From NCBI GenBank assembly GCA_963705105.1, contig CAVPIW010000004.1, positions 14,336 to 78,335 of the forward strand: a DNA stretch of 64,000 nucleotides. Direction: 5' to 3'. The stretch is from an uncultured Nitrospiraceae bacterium (GTDB taxonomy: Bacteria; Nitrospirota; Thermodesulfovibrionia; Thermodesulfovibrionales; Dissulfurispiraceae). The notes under the pieces are model-generated. The model was not told the DNA's origin, made no database searches, and saw nothing but the letters and a program-made list of their open reading frames with translations. Below are positions 18,761-29,075 of this stretch, piece by piece. Every line of letters starts with the position of its first letter. Position 1 is the first letter of the stretch. A program made the translations under genes and the position numbers.

Positions 18761-19903
18761 ATGAAGAGATGGGGTTTGTTTCTGAGCATCCTGTTCATCC
18801 TGGCCGCAGCCGTACCGCAGGCCCTTGCCGATGACGTCATCCGGATCGGCGCGATCTTCTCGGCGACGGGACCTGCGTCTTTCCTCGGCGAGCCCGAGAA
18901 GAACACGGCCCAAATGCTCCTGGACAAAATCAACGGCCAGGGCGGGGTGCTCGGCAAGAAGGTCGAGCTTATCATCTACGATGACGAGACGGACGTGAAC
19001 AAGAGCGTCCTCGCCGCGGACAAGCTGATCAAAAAAGACAATGTCATCGCCGTCATCGGCCCCACCACGTCGGGCAACACGCTGGCCATCGAGGACAAGT
19101 TCGACAAGGCGAAGATCCCCCTTGTCTCCTGCGCCGCGGCGGAGAAGATCGTCAAACCCGTCAAGCCCTGGGTCTTCAACGTTGCGCCCCTGGACCGCTA
19201 TGCGGTGACGAAGATTTACAAGCACCTCAAGGCGAAGAAGATCAGCAAGATCGCCATCATCACCGTATCCGACGGCTTCGGTCAGGCAGGCAGGGAAGTG
19301 CTCAAGGAGCTCGCCCCGTCTATGGGGATCGATATTGTGGCCGATGAAGTATACGGACCGAAAGACACGGACATGACGGCGCAGCTCACCAAGATCAAGG
19401 GGACGGGCGCCGGCGCCATCGTCTGCTGGGGCACCAACCCCGGTCCTGCCGTTGTCGCCAAGAACAGGGCCCAGCTCGGGATCAAGACGCCGCTGTACAT
19501 GAGCCACGGCGTCGCCTCGAAGAAGTTCATCGAGCTTGCCGGGCCCGCTGCTGAAGGCCTCTTCCTGCCGGCCGGGAGGCTCGTCATCGCCGACCAGGTG
19601 CCCAATGACCACCCCCAGAAGGACATCCTCATGAAATACAAGAAGGAGTATGAGGGCAAGTTCAAGTCCGCCGTGTCAACCTTCGGCGGCCATGCCTGGG
19701 ATTCCCTCTCGCTGATCGTCAAGGCGATCGAGACGGGCAAATCGACGAAGCCGGCGGACATCAGGAACAATCTGGAAAAGATCACCGGGTTCGTGGGGAC
19801 AGCAGGCATCTTCAACTACTCGCCCACAAACCACAACGGTCTCGACGAGAACGCCTTCGAGATGGTCCTCATTGAGAAAGGCGACTGGAAGCGCATAAAA
19901 TAG
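18761..19903 (+). CDS. Liv-type ABC transporter substrate-binding protein, paralogue 1
   Basis: IGAIFSATGPASFLGEPE...IN..GGVLGKK.ELIIYDD, with a signal peptide. Confidence 0.92.
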   Translation: MKRWGLFLSILFILAAAVPQALADDVIRIGAIFSATGPASFLGEPEKNTAQMLLDKINGQGGVLGKKVELIIYDDETDVNKSVLAADKLIKKDNVIAVIGPTTSGNTLAIEDKFDKAKIPLVSCAAAEKIVKPVKPWVFNVAPLDRYAVTKIYKHLKAKKISKIAIITVSDGFGQAGREVLKELAPSMGIDIVADEVYGPKDTDMTAQLTKIKGTGAGAIVCWGTNPGPAVVAKNRAQLGIKTPLYMSHGVASKKFIELAGPAAEGLFLPAGRLVIADQVPNDHPQKDILMKYKKEYEGKFKSAVSTFGGHAWDSLSLIVKAIETGKSTKPADIRNNLEKITGFVGTAGIFNYSPTNHNGLDENAFEMVLIEKGDWKRIK

Positions 19904-19934
19904 CAGCACATGACTCACTGAGGAGGAAGAATCC

Positions 19935-21077
19935 ATGATACGGAGTAAAATACTCATCTGCATAGCCATTGTTCTGGGCCTTGCCGTCTCATCAGCTTTC
20001 GCCCAGGACACGATCAAGATCGGCGCGATTTTTTCGGCGACAGGGCCAGCGTCGTTCCTCGGAGAGCCCGAGAAGAATACGGCCCTCATGCTCCAGGACA
20101 AGATCAACGGCCAGGGCGGAGTGCTCGGCAAGAAGATCGAGATCATCATCTACGATGACGAGACGGACGTGAACAAGAGCGTCCTCGCGGCGGACAAGCT
20201 GTTAAAGAAGGACAACGTCATCGCCGTTATCGGTCCCACCACGTCGGGCAACACGCTGGCCATCGAGGACAAGTTCGAGAAGGCGAAGATCCCCCTCGTC
20301 TCCTGTGCTGCAGCGGAGAAGATCGTCAAACCCGTGAAACCCTGGGTCTTCAACACGCCCCAACTCGACAAGCACGCCGTGGCGAAGATCTACAAGCACA
20401 TCAAGGCAAAAAAGATCGGCAAGATCGCCATCATCACCGTGTCCGACGGCTACGGACAGGCAGGCAGGGAAGTGCTCAAGGAGCTCGCCCCGTCGGCGGG
20501 ACTGGAGATCGTGGCCGATGAAGTGTACGGACCGAAAGACACGGACATGACGGCGCAGCTCACCAAGATCAAGGGGACGGGCGCCGGCGCCATCGTCTGC
20601 TGGGGCACGAACCCCGGACCCGCCGTGGTCGCAAAGAACCGTGCCCAGCTCGGGATCAAGACGCCGCTGTACATGAGCCACGGCGTCGCCTCGAAGAAAT
20701 TCATCGAGCTTGCCGGTCAGGCCGCCGAGGGCCTCTTCCTGCCTGCGGGGAGGCTTGCCATCATCGATCAGGTCCCCAACGACCATCCCCAGAAGGGCGT
20801 CCTCGCGAATTACAGGAAGGAATACGAGGCGCGGTTCAAAATCCCCGTGTCGAGCTTCGGCGGGTATGCCCACGATGCGATCATGATGATCGTCAAGGCC
20901 ATTGAGACGGGCAAGTCGGCGAAACCGGCGGACATCAGGAACAACCTCGAGAAGATCACCGGCTTCGTCGGCACGTCGGGCATCTATAATTACTCCGCCA
21001 CCAACCACAACGGGCTCGACGAGAGCGCCTTCGAGATGGTCGTGATCGAAAAGGGAGACTGGAAGAGAGTCAAATAA
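19935..21077 (+). CDS. Liv-type ABC transporter substrate-binding protein, paralogue 2
   Basis: Near-duplicate of the upstream gene, same length (380 aa). Confidence 0.92.
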   Translation: MIRSKILICIAIVLGLAVSSAFAQDTIKIGAIFSATGPASFLGEPEKNTALMLQDKINGQGGVLGKKIEIIIYDDETDVNKSVLAADKLLKKDNVIAVIGPTTSGNTLAIEDKFEKAKIPLVSCAAAEKIVKPVKPWVFNTPQLDKHAVAKIYKHIKAKKIGKIAIITVSDGYGQAGREVLKELAPSAGLEIVADEVYGPKDTDMTAQLTKIKGTGAGAIVCWGTNPGPAVVAKNRAQLGIKTPLYMSHGVASKKFIELAGQAAEGLFLPAGRLAIIDQVPNDHPQKGVLANYRKEYEARFKIPVSSFGGYAHDAIMMIVKAIETGKSAKPADIRNNLEKITGFVGTSGIYNYSATNHNGLDESAFEMVVIEKGDWKRVK

Positions 21078-21079
21078 CA

Positions 21080-21961
21080 TTGGGCATCTCGAGCTATCTC
21101 CAGTTTCTCATATCCGGTTTGACCGTGGGCAGTACCTACGGGCTCACTGCCCTCGGTTTCACCATCATCTTCAACACGACGGGTATCATCAACTTTGCGC
21201 AGGGCGAGTTCGTCATGCTCGGCGGCATGCTGAGCGTCTTCTTCCTCACCGTTCTCGACGCAGGCGTGTTCGTCTCCGTCCTTTTGTCCATCGCGGCGAC
21301 GACCCTCGTCGGCGTCGCCATCGAGCGTTTCACGATCAGGCCGATCAGGGAGTCATCGGTTATCAACTACATCATCGTCACCATCGGCGTCTCCATCCTC
21401 ATCCGCGGCATCACCATGATCCTCCTCGGCAAGGACACCTTTGCGCTCCCCCACTTTTCAGGGAGCGAGCCCATCGCCGTGCTCGGCGCGTCCGTGTCTC
21501 CCCAGAGCCTCTGGATATTCGTCATCACGATTCTTCTCCTTCTGCTCCTGCGGTTCTTCTTTACGAAAACACTGTACGGCAAGGGCATGCTCGCCTGTTC
21601 CTACGACCGTAAGGCGGCGTACCTGGTGGGCATCGACGTCAGGAGAATGGTGCTCCTGTCTTTCATGATATCGGGCCTCGTGGGCGCCATCGGCGGCGCC
21701 ATCCTCGCCCCTCTCACCATGACGTCCTTCGACGTGGGCATCATGCTCGGCCTCAAGGGTTTTGCGGCCTGCATTCTCGGCGGCCTCGGCAACCCCTTCG
21801 GCGCCGCGGCAGGGGGGCTCATCCTCGGCGTGCTCGAATCCTTCGGGGCCGGCGTCATTTCGTCGGCCTACAAGGACGCCATCGCTTTCCTGATCATCCT
21901 GCTGCTGCTGTTCCTGAAACCGACGGGCCTCTTCGGCCAGGCAAAGATCGAGAGGGTCTGA
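21080..21961 (+). CDS. livH: Branched-chain amino acid-type ABC permease
   Basis: GLTVGSTYGL.ALGFTII...INFAQGE, with many TM segments. Confidence 0.88.
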   Translation: MGISSYLQFLISGLTVGSTYGLTALGFTIIFNTTGIINFAQGEFVMLGGMLSVFFLTVLDAGVFVSVLLSIAATTLVGVAIERFTIRPIRESSVINYIIVTIGVSILIRGITMILLGKDTFALPHFSGSEPIAVLGASVSPQSLWIFVITILLLLLLRFFFTKTLYGKGMLACSYDRKAAYLVGIDVRRMVLLSFMISGLVGAIGGAILAPLTMTSFDVGIMLGLKGFAACILGGLGNPFGAAAGGLILGVLESFGAGVISSAYKDAIAFLIILLLLFLKPTGLFGQAKIERV

Positions 21962-21962
21962 G

Positions 21963-22913
21963 ATGGAGACCTTCAGAAGGGACCTCATCGCCGCGTCGGC
22001 GTTCTATGCCGTCCTCCTCGCCCTGCCTCTGCTTCTGACGAACGATTATTATCTCAACACGCTGACGCTCTCCTGCATCCACGCGATCATCACCGTGGGG
22101 CTCAATCTCCTCATGGGGTATGCGGGGCAGGTGTCGCTCGGACACGGGGCGTTCTACGGGCTCGGCGCCTACACGACGGCGATCATGACGACGACCTACG
22201 GCCTGCCCATCCCCGCCGGGATGCTCATAGCCCTGGGGCTCGTGGCGGTCGTCGCCTACCTCATCGGCATCCCGACGCTGAAGCTCAAGGGGCATTACCT
22301 GGCCATGGCGACGCTCGGATTCGGCATCATCGTCTATATCATATTCAACGAAACCATCGATCTCTCCGGCGGGCCCTCGGGATTCGTGGGCATTCCGCGC
22401 CTCTCCCTCGCGGGATACACCTTCGAGTCCGACAGCTCCTATTACTACCTCGTCTCATCGGTCCTCGCCGTGGTCATCCTCCTTTCGCTGAACCTGATCC
22501 ATTCCCGTTTCGGCAGGGCCCTCAGGGCCATCCACACAAGCGAGAGCGCCTCCCAGGTCGTCGGCATCAACCTGCACAAGTACAAGGGTTTCATCTTCGT
22601 CCTCTCCGCGGTCTATGCGGCAGTGGCGGGCGTGCTCTACGCGCACTTCCTGACCTTCGTCGCCCCGGCGTCCTTCGGGTTCAACTTCTCCGTGGAGCTC
22701 CTGACGATGGTCGTCCTCGGGGGAATGGCGAACATCTGGGGCTCCGTGATCGGCGCCTTCTTCCTTACCATCCTGCCCGAGTTCCTCCGCCTCTTCGAGA
22801 ACGTCGAGATCGTCCTGTACGGCGCCATCCTCGTCGTCTGCATGATGTTCCTGCCCTCCGGTCTTGCCGGCGGGGTGACGCGAGTCCTGAAGGCGCTGAA
22901 AGTGCCGCTGTGA
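21963..22913 (+). CDS. livM: Branched-chain amino acid-type ABC permease
   Basis: GLNLLMGYAGQVSLGHGAFYGLGAY; LKGHYLAMATLGF. Confidence 0.88.
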   Translation: METFRRDLIAASAFYAVLLALPLLLTNDYYLNTLTLSCIHAIITVGLNLLMGYAGQVSLGHGAFYGLGAYTTAIMTTTYGLPIPAGMLIALGLVAVVAYLIGIPTLKLKGHYLAMATLGFGIIVYIIFNETIDLSGGPSGFVGIPRLSLAGYTFESDSSYYYLVSSVLAVVILLSLNLIHSRFGRALRAIHTSESASQVVGINLHKYKGFIFVLSAVYAAVAGVLYAHFLTFVAPASFGFNFSVELLTMVVLGGMANIWGSVIGAFFLTILPEFLRLFENVEIVLYGAILVVCMMFLPSGLAGGVTRVLKALKVPL

Positions 22914-23737
22914 CCATGAACAGGGAATCAGGGGCCGTCTCAGGGGCGATCGCAGGCGCCTCACCCTCCGTCGCCGTCCTGGAGTGCGGCGGCATCGGGG
23001 TCCGGTTCGGCGGCGTCACGGCCCTGAACAACGTCACCTTCCGGGCGCTGAAAGGGGAGATCACGGCGATCATCGGTCCCAACGGCGCGGGCAAGACGAC
23101 GCTTCTGAACGTTATCAGCGGTCTCATCTCCCAGGACGAAGGACGCATCACCTTTCACGGCGCAGACATCACCGCGATCAGGCCCCATGAGCGCGGCAGG
23201 CGCGGTATCGTCCGCACCTTCCAGAACCTCGAGATCTTCTCCAACATGACCGTCCTCGAGAATGTGATGACGGGGTGTCACCGCCGCGTCGATTATTCCG
23301 TCATCGACTCCCTCCTGAAGACACCGCGGTTCTGGAGGAATGAGCGGCTGTGCAGGGAATATGCCGAGAACAGGCTGGAGTTCGTCGGCCTCACGGACAA
23401 GAAGGACATGCCCGCGGAGGAACTGCCCTTCGGTAACCAGAGGCTCCTCGAGCTGGCCAGGGCCCTCGGCGCCGACCCCGAGCTGATCCTCCTCGACGAG
23501 CCCGCGGCTGGTCTGAACATCAGGGAGACGAGGAGCCTCGGCGCCATCATCGAGCGCATCCGGGGTGAACTGGGGATTTCGATCATCCTCGTCGAGCACG
23601 ACATGGACCTCGTCATGCGGATCAGTGACCGGATCACGGTGCTCAATTTCGGAGAGGTCATCGCCGAGGGGACTCCGATGACGATCCAGAAAAATCCCGA
23701 CGTCATCGCCGCATATCTCGGGGAAGAGGAAGAGTGA
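22910..23737 (+). CDS. livG: ABC ATP-binding subunit
   Basis: GPNGAGKTT, RTFQN, LLDEPAAG, VEHDM, V..AYLG. Confidence 0.9.
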   Translation: MTMNRESGAVSGAIAGASPSVAVLECGGIGVRFGGVTALNNVTFRALKGEITAIIGPNGAGKTTLLNVISGLISQDEGRITFHGADITAIRPHERGRRGIVRTFQNLEIFSNMTVLENVMTGCHRRVDYSVIDSLLKTPRFWRNERLCREYAENRLEFVGLTDKKDMPAEELPFGNQRLLELARALGADPELILLDEPAAGLNIRETRSLGAIIERIRGELGISIILVEHDMDLVMRISDRITVLNFGEVIAEGTPMTIQKNPDVIAAYLGEEEE

Positions 23738-23747
23738 GGGGGCTGCC

Positions 23748-24482
23748 ATGCTGGTCCTGAAGAACGTCGACGTCCATTACGGCAAGATCCACGCCATCAA
23801 GCGTGTCTCCCTCCACGTCAACAGCGGCGAGATCGTCGCCCTCATCGGCGGCAACGGGGCCGGCAAGACGACGCTTCTCTGCACCATTTCGGGCATTACG
23901 CGGCCCTCGGGCGGCCAGATCCTCTTCGAGGAAGCGGACATCTCCCGCAACAGCCCCGATGCCATCGTCCGCAGGGGCATCTCCCATGTGCCCGAGGGAA
24001 GACTCGTCTTCAAGCCCATGAGCGTCGAGGACAACCTGCTCCTTGGGTCATTCCACCGTTATTCCATGAAGCAGGGCGCCGTCATCAGGGAAGACATGGA
24101 GAGGATCTACTCCATATTTCCCGTGCTGAAGGAGCGGAGAACGCAGCACGCAGGCACCCTTTCGGGAGGGGAGCAACAGATGCTCGCCATCGGGCGCGCC
24201 CTCATGGCGAAGCCGAGGCTCCTGCTGCTCGACGAGCCGAGCATGGGGCTTGCGCCGACGATCATCAGGGAGATCTTCAGGTACATCGCTGAACTGAGGG
24301 ATTCCTACGGGCTGACGGTCCTGCTCGTCGAGCAGAATGCACGCAGCGCCCTCAGGATCGCCAATACGGGCTATGTGCTCGAGATCGGCAGGATCATCCT
24401 CCAGGGCCCGGCTGAGGACCTGCTGCAGAACAGGGATGTCCAGCGGGCCTACCTGGGGAGGGACCTGGAGGCGAGGGTGTGA
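23748..24482 (+). CDS. livF: ABC ATP-binding subunit
   Basis: GGNGAGKTT, VPEGR, LSGGEQQMLAIGRALM, LLDEPS, VEQN. Confidence 0.9.
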   Translation: MLVLKNVDVHYGKIHAIKRVSLHVNSGEIVALIGGNGAGKTTLLCTISGITRPSGGQILFEEADISRNSPDAIVRRGISHVPEGRLVFKPMSVEDNLLLGSFHRYSMKQGAVIREDMERIYSIFPVLKERRTQHAGTLSGGEQQMLAIGRALMAKPRLLLLDEPSMGLAPTIIREIFRYIAELRDSYGLTVLLVEQNARSALRIANTGYVLEIGRIILQGPAEDLLQNRDVQRAYLGRDLEARV

Positions 24483-24523
24483 AAGGCAGTAGACAGTAGT
24501 CAGTAGACAGTAGACAAAAAAAG

Positions 24524-24705
24524 TTACGGGTTGCGAGTTGCGGGTAAGACAGTAGCGAGGACTCAGGGTCAAAGAATAGTTCCGAGGACTCAGGACTGAG
24601 GACTCAGTTGAGGGTGCGGGTTGCGGGAAAGACAGTAACGAAGACTCAGGGTCAAAGAATAGTTCCGAGGACTCAGGACTGAGGACTCAGTTACGGGTTG
24701 CGGGA
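24524..24705. repeat. 83-bp tandem duplication built from GAGGACT 7-mers
   Basis: agacagta(g/a)cga(g/a)gactcagggtcaaagaatagttccgaggactcaggactgaggactcagtt begins at 24547 and again at 24630. Confidence 0.85.
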
Positions 24706-24767
24706 TGAGACCAGCAGGACCTTGAAAACGAGGACAGGGTGTGGTTTCTGAAGCATAATTCACTATT

Positions 24768-25214
24768 GTCATGCACGAAAAGACGGGGCAAAACGCCTCA
24801 AAGCCTCGCTGATAGCGAGCATGATTGTTTATTATTGGTGTATCAGAAATTCATTCGACCTGTCATCGATCGTTGGTCTGCAATGGTCTGTACGGGAAGG
24901 CAGAGGTTTCGCAGCACCGATGCTTTTCGGCGCATTCGCCCCGTCTTTCCTGAGATCTCATCGCGGTGATAAAGGTTTATTTTGCGAAGAAAGTATGCCC
25001 TGTCCTCGTGTCGGATTATGTTGAACCGTATCAGGAAAGGCGGGGTGTATGCGCCGAAAACCTTGCTGCGGCGACACCTGTATCAAAAGGGCAGACGAAC
25101 TATACGCCAATGGTCGATGACACAAAGAGTGGAAGCCTGAAACACGAAGCTGACAATGCGTATCGTCGCCTTCAGCAAGGCTTTGAGGCGCTTCGCCCCG
25201 CCTTTTTATACAAT
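24768..25214. mobile_element. Two adjacent MITE-like copies (about 24768-24953 variant and about 25020-25214)
   Basis: Both carry the AAAG(G/A)CGGGG...GCGCC...AAA.CCT.GCTG terminal motif in inverted orientation at their ends. Homologous to 38481-38685. Confidence 0.6.
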
Positions 25215-25247
25215 TAAGGGTTGAACACTGACATAACGGAGGGATCC

Positions 25248-26546
25248 ATGTATTGGGAAGCTGACAAGGAGTGCATGAAGCGGGACGAGATCGGGCAGCT
25301 TCAGCTCGAGCGCCTGCAGTCGACGCTGTACCGGGTGTACATGAATGTCCCCTTCTATCGGAAAAAATTCGACGAACTCTCCATCGATCCGGACGGCGTC
25401 CACTCACTCGATGACCTCCGCAAGCTGCCCTTCACGACAAAGGACGACCTGAGGGACAACTATCCCTACGACCTCTTTGCCGTCCCCCTCAGGGAAGTCG
25501 TCCGGCTCCAGGCGTCGTCGGGCACGACGGGGATGCCGACCGTCGTCGGATACACGAAGAACGACGTTAAGAACTGGTCGAACCTCGCCGCCCGGGTCCT
25601 CATGGCCGGGGGTATCACCCAGACCGACATCGTGCAGATCGCCTTCGACTACGGCCTCTTCACGGGCGCCCTCGGACTCCACTACGGCGCAGAGCGCATC
25701 GGGGCGTCGGTCATCCCCACGTCAAGGGGAAACACGAAGCGCCAGGTGAAGATCATGAAGGACTTCAGAACGACGGCCCTCGTCTGCACGCCCAGCTACG
25801 CCCTGCTGATCGCCGACACGATCAGCGAGATGGGCCTAAGCATCAGTTCACTCTCCCTGAAATACGGCCTCTTCGGGTCCGAGCCCTGGTCCGAGGCGAT
25901 TCGGCAGGACATCCAGGACAAGCTTAAAATCATCGCGACGGACAATTACGGACTCAGCGAGGTCATGGGACCGGGCGTCGCCGGCGAATGCATGGAGCGC
26001 AACGGCCTGCACATCAACGAGGACCACTTTCTCGTCGAGGTCGTCGACCCCACCACGCTCGAGCCGGTGAAACCCGGCGAAGAGGGCGAGCTCGTCATCA
26101 CGACGCTGACGAAAGAGGCCTTTCCGGTCGTCCGGTTTCGTACGAGGGACCTGACGAGAATCCTGCCGGACCCATGCCCCTGTGGCCGCACCTTCCGCAG
26201 GATGAACAGGATCGTCGGCCGGACGGACGACATGCTCATCATCTCCGGGGTGAATGTCTTCCCCTCGCAGATCGAGTCGGTCCTCTGCGAATTCGAGGGC
26301 ACGGAGCCCCATTACCAGATCGTCATCGAACGGAAGGGCGGCGTCGACGAAATGACAGTGCTCGTCGAGGTCTCGGAATCGATCTTCTTCGACGCGATGA
26401 AAAAACAGCGCGACTTCGTCGAGAGGATCAGGAAGAGGCTGGCCCAGGAGCTGGGCATCACCGTCGAGGTGAAACCGGTTGAACAGAAGAGCCTGGAGCG
26501 CTTCGAGGGGAAAGCGAAAAGGGTGATCGACAGGAGGACGTTCTGA
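25248..26546 (+). CDS. paaK: Phenylacetate--CoA ligase family protein
   Basis: [59 protein letters not shown]. Confidence 0.9.
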   Translation: MYWEADKECMKRDEIGQLQLERLQSTLYRVYMNVPFYRKKFDELSIDPDGVHSLDDLRKLPFTTKDDLRDNYPYDLFAVPLREVVRLQASSGTTGMPTVVGYTKNDVKNWSNLAARVLMAGGITQTDIVQIAFDYGLFTGALGLHYGAERIGASVIPTSRGNTKRQVKIMKDFRTTALVCTPSYALLIADTISEMGLSISSLSLKYGLFGSEPWSEAIRQDIQDKLKIIATDNYGLSEVMGPGVAGECMERNGLHINEDHFLVEVVDPTTLEPVKPGEEGELVITTLTKEAFPVVRFRTRDLTRILPDPCPCGRTFRRMNRIVGRTDDMLIISGVNVFPSQIESVLCEFEGTEPHYQIVIERKGGVDEMTVLVEVSESIFFDAMKKQRDFVERIRKRLAQELGITVEVKPVEQKSLERFEGKAKRVIDRRTF

Positions 26547-28336
26547 AAAAGAGAGCATATCAACAGACGGGGTGGGCACTGGAAGACCTGCTGGCCGGGT
26601 CTGCCGGAGAATTGCTGGAAGGTGCGCTCGAGGACCTGGAGGCGGCGGTCCGTTCAATCGAGGACTTCCGTCCCTCTCTCTCGCCCGATATGTCAGGAGA
26701 GGCTTTCAGCGCCGTCGTGAGGGCGATCGAGACCTTCGCGGAGAAGGCCCACCGGCTCGGCGGCTACGCCCAGTTGTGGTTCTCCGAGGACACCCGCAAC
26801 CAGGACGCCCTCGCCTTCCTCGGCAGGGTCGAGCAGGCGCTCATGGAGGCACAGAACAGGATCCTCTATTTCAGCCTCTGGTGGAAAGGCATCGACGACG
26901 GACCCGCCGAACGGCTCGAACCCTATGCCGGCGACGGCGCCTATTATCTGCGGCAGGCGAGGCTCTTCCGCAAGCATACCCTTTCGGAACCTGAAGAGCG
27001 GGTGATCAATCTCAAGGATGTCAACGGCATCAACGCCCTCGTAAAGATATACGACATGATCACCAACGCCTTTACGTTCGAGATCACCGATGAGGGAGAG
27101 ACGAAGAAGCTCAGCAGGGACGGGCTGATGGTCTATGCGCGCCACCCCTCGCCGGACATGCGCGAGGCGGCGTACAGGGAGCTCTACCGCGTCTACGGCG
27201 GAGAAGCCCCCGTGCTGTCGCAGATCTACACGCACCGCGTCCTGGACTGGATGAGCGAGAACATCAACCTCCGCCATATCTCTTCTCCCATCGCGGTGAG
27301 GAACCTGTCGAACGACATCCCCGATGCGGTGACGGACACGCTGCTCGATGTCTGCATCGAGCGGGCGCCCGTCTTCCACCGCTTTTTCCGGCTCAAGGCT
27401 GACATGCTCGGCATGGCCGGCGGCAGGCTGCGCCGATACGACCTCTACGCCCCCCTCCGGCGCCGTCAGGAAAGGACGATCCCCTTCACCGACGCGGCGG
27501 ACCTGGTGCTCGGGAGTTTTCATGACTTCTCGCCCGTCATGGCGGACCTTGCACGGAAAATTTTTGACGACCGCCACATCGATTCTGAGATACGGCCGAA
27601 CAAGAGGGGCGGCGCCTTCTGTTTCGGTGTCCTGCCGGGCCTGTCTCCGTGGGTGCTCATGAACTACACCGGCGAGCCCCGGCAGGTGGCGACGCTTGCG
27701 CATGAACTGGGCCACGGCATCCACGCCCTGCTTGCGGCTGACCACTCGATCCTCACCTTCCACTCGACGCTCCCCCTGGCAGAGACCGCGTCGGTCTTTT
27801 CGGAAATGCTCCTGACGGACCGGATCCTGACGCAGGAAGGTGATCCCGCCGTCCGCCGCGCTCTCCTGGCCGAGGCGATCGACGACATCTACGCCACGGT
27901 GCTCCGCCAGGCCTTTTTCGTCATCTTCGAACGGGAGGCCCATCGCATCATCCCGTCAGGCACGACGACGGACGATCTCAGCAACGCCTATCTCGCCAAT
28001 CTGCGCCTCCAGTTCGGGGACTCCGTGGAGGTGAGCGACGATTTTCAGCACGAATGGCTCTCGATTCCCCATATCTATCACACGCCGTTCTACTGCTATG
28101 CATACAGCTTCGGCCAGCTCCTCTCCCTTTCCCTCTACCAGAGATACAGGGACCAGGGGAAAGATTTCGTCCCCGCCTTCCTCACCATCCTCGCCCACGG
28201 CGGCTCGGCAAGCCCCGACAGTATCCTCCGGGAGGCAGGCATCGACATGGCCGACCCTGAGTTCTGGCGCGGCGGATTCAGGGTCATCGGGGGGATGATC
28301 GACGAACTGGAGAGGTCGCAGACGGCAAGCGGATAA
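26543..28336 (+). CDS. pepF: M3-family oligoendopeptidase F; probable CTG start
   Basis: HELGH zinc motif, [16 protein letters not shown] and [12 protein letters not shown]. The in-frame upstream extension (L)[16 protein letters not shown] follows an AGGAGG RBS. Confidence 0.88.
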   Translation: MKKRAYQQTGWALEDLLAGSAGELLEGALEDLEAAVRSIEDFRPSLSPDMSGEAFSAVVRAIETFAEKAHRLGGYAQLWFSEDTRNQDALAFLGRVEQALMEAQNRILYFSLWWKGIDDGPAERLEPYAGDGAYYLRQARLFRKHTLSEPEERVINLKDVNGINALVKIYDMITNAFTFEITDEGETKKLSRDGLMVYARHPSPDMREAAYRELYRVYGGEAPVLSQIYTHRVLDWMSENINLRHISSPIAVRNLSNDIPDAVTDTLLDVCIERAPVFHRFFRLKADMLGMAGGRLRRYDLYAPLRRRQERTIPFTDAADLVLGSFHDFSPVMADLARKIFDDRHIDSEIRPNKRGGAFCFGVLPGLSPWVLMNYTGEPRQVATLAHELGHGIHALLAADHSILTFHSTLPLAETASVFSEMLLTDRILTQEGDPAVRRALLAEAIDDIYATVLRQAFFVIFEREAHRIIPSGTTTDDLSNAYLANLRLQFGDSVEVSDDFQHEWLSIPHIYHTPFYCYAYSFGQLLSLSLYQRYRDQGKDFVPAFLTILAHGGSASPDSILREAGIDMADPEFWRGGFRVIGGMIDELERSQTASG

Positions 28337-28422
28337 CGGATAGCGGCGGCAAGGCGTCCTTGTAATCTTTTTCCTCAACCAGATATCATATTGCTATCAC
28401 TTATGGCTCAAGGAGACATGCG

Positions 28423-28656
28423 ATGGCTCAGTTACTTGTGAGGGGCCTTGAACCCGGAACGATCGACCGTCTTAAAGAGCGGGCAAAACAGCATAACCGT
28501 TCGCTGCAGGGTGAAGTGAAACGCATTCTCGAAGAAGCGGCGCACCAAATGACGATGGAGGAATTCAAGACCAGGGCAAGAACCATACGGAAAAGCTTCG
28601 GAGACAGAACATTGTCGGACAGCACGGGGCTTATCCGTGAGGACAGAGACCGTTGA
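28423..28656 (+). CDS. FitA-like ribbon-helix-helix antitoxin
   Basis: MAQLLVRGL......LK.RA..HNRSLQ.E...IL...DS..LIREDR. Overlaps the PIN gene. Confidence 0.85.
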   Translation: MAQLLVRGLEPGTIDRLKERAKQHNRSLQGEVKRILEEAAHQMTMEEFKTRARTIRKSFGDRTLSDSTGLIREDRDR

Positions 28657-29075
28657 AGAGATATGTTGTCGACGCAAGCGTCGTCATACAGTGGTATTTA
28701 CCCGAACAGTACAGTGAACACTCGGAACGTTTGCTCTCTCCTTCAATAGAACTCCTCTGTCCGGACCTGCTAATCTCGGAAATCGGAAACACGCTATGGA
28801 AACACGTCAGAAGGTCTGAATGTTCCTACGACGAGGCGCTTGCCATTCTGGACGAGATAGAGTCCCCCTTTTTGCGCGTGTGGAGTGCGGCTTTGCTTGC
28901 AGGGGAAGCGCTCGATATAGCATGCAGAATGAACCGTACATTTTACGACAGTGTTTACATCGCCCTCGCTGTAAAGACTGATTGCCCGATGGTCACCGCG
29001 GATCTCAAGCTCTATAATGCGATGAAAGTAACCCCTCTGGGGAATCATGTCGCATGGGTAGGGGATATTCCGTGA
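28653..29075 (+). CDS. vapC: PIN-domain toxin
   Basis: YVVDASV..W..PE, E..N, YDSVYIALA, VTAD.KL. Confidence 0.9.
   Translation: MKRYVVDASVVIQWYLPEQYSEHSERLLSPSIELLCPDLLISEIGNTLWKHVRRSECSYDEALAILDEIESPFLRVWSAALLAGEALDIACRMNRTFYDSVYIALAVKTDCPMVTADLKLYNAMKVTPLGNHVAWVGDIP

Noticed and set aside
24524..24705. Possible mini-CRISPR
   Set aside because: Only two units, and the intervening sequence is duplicated as well.
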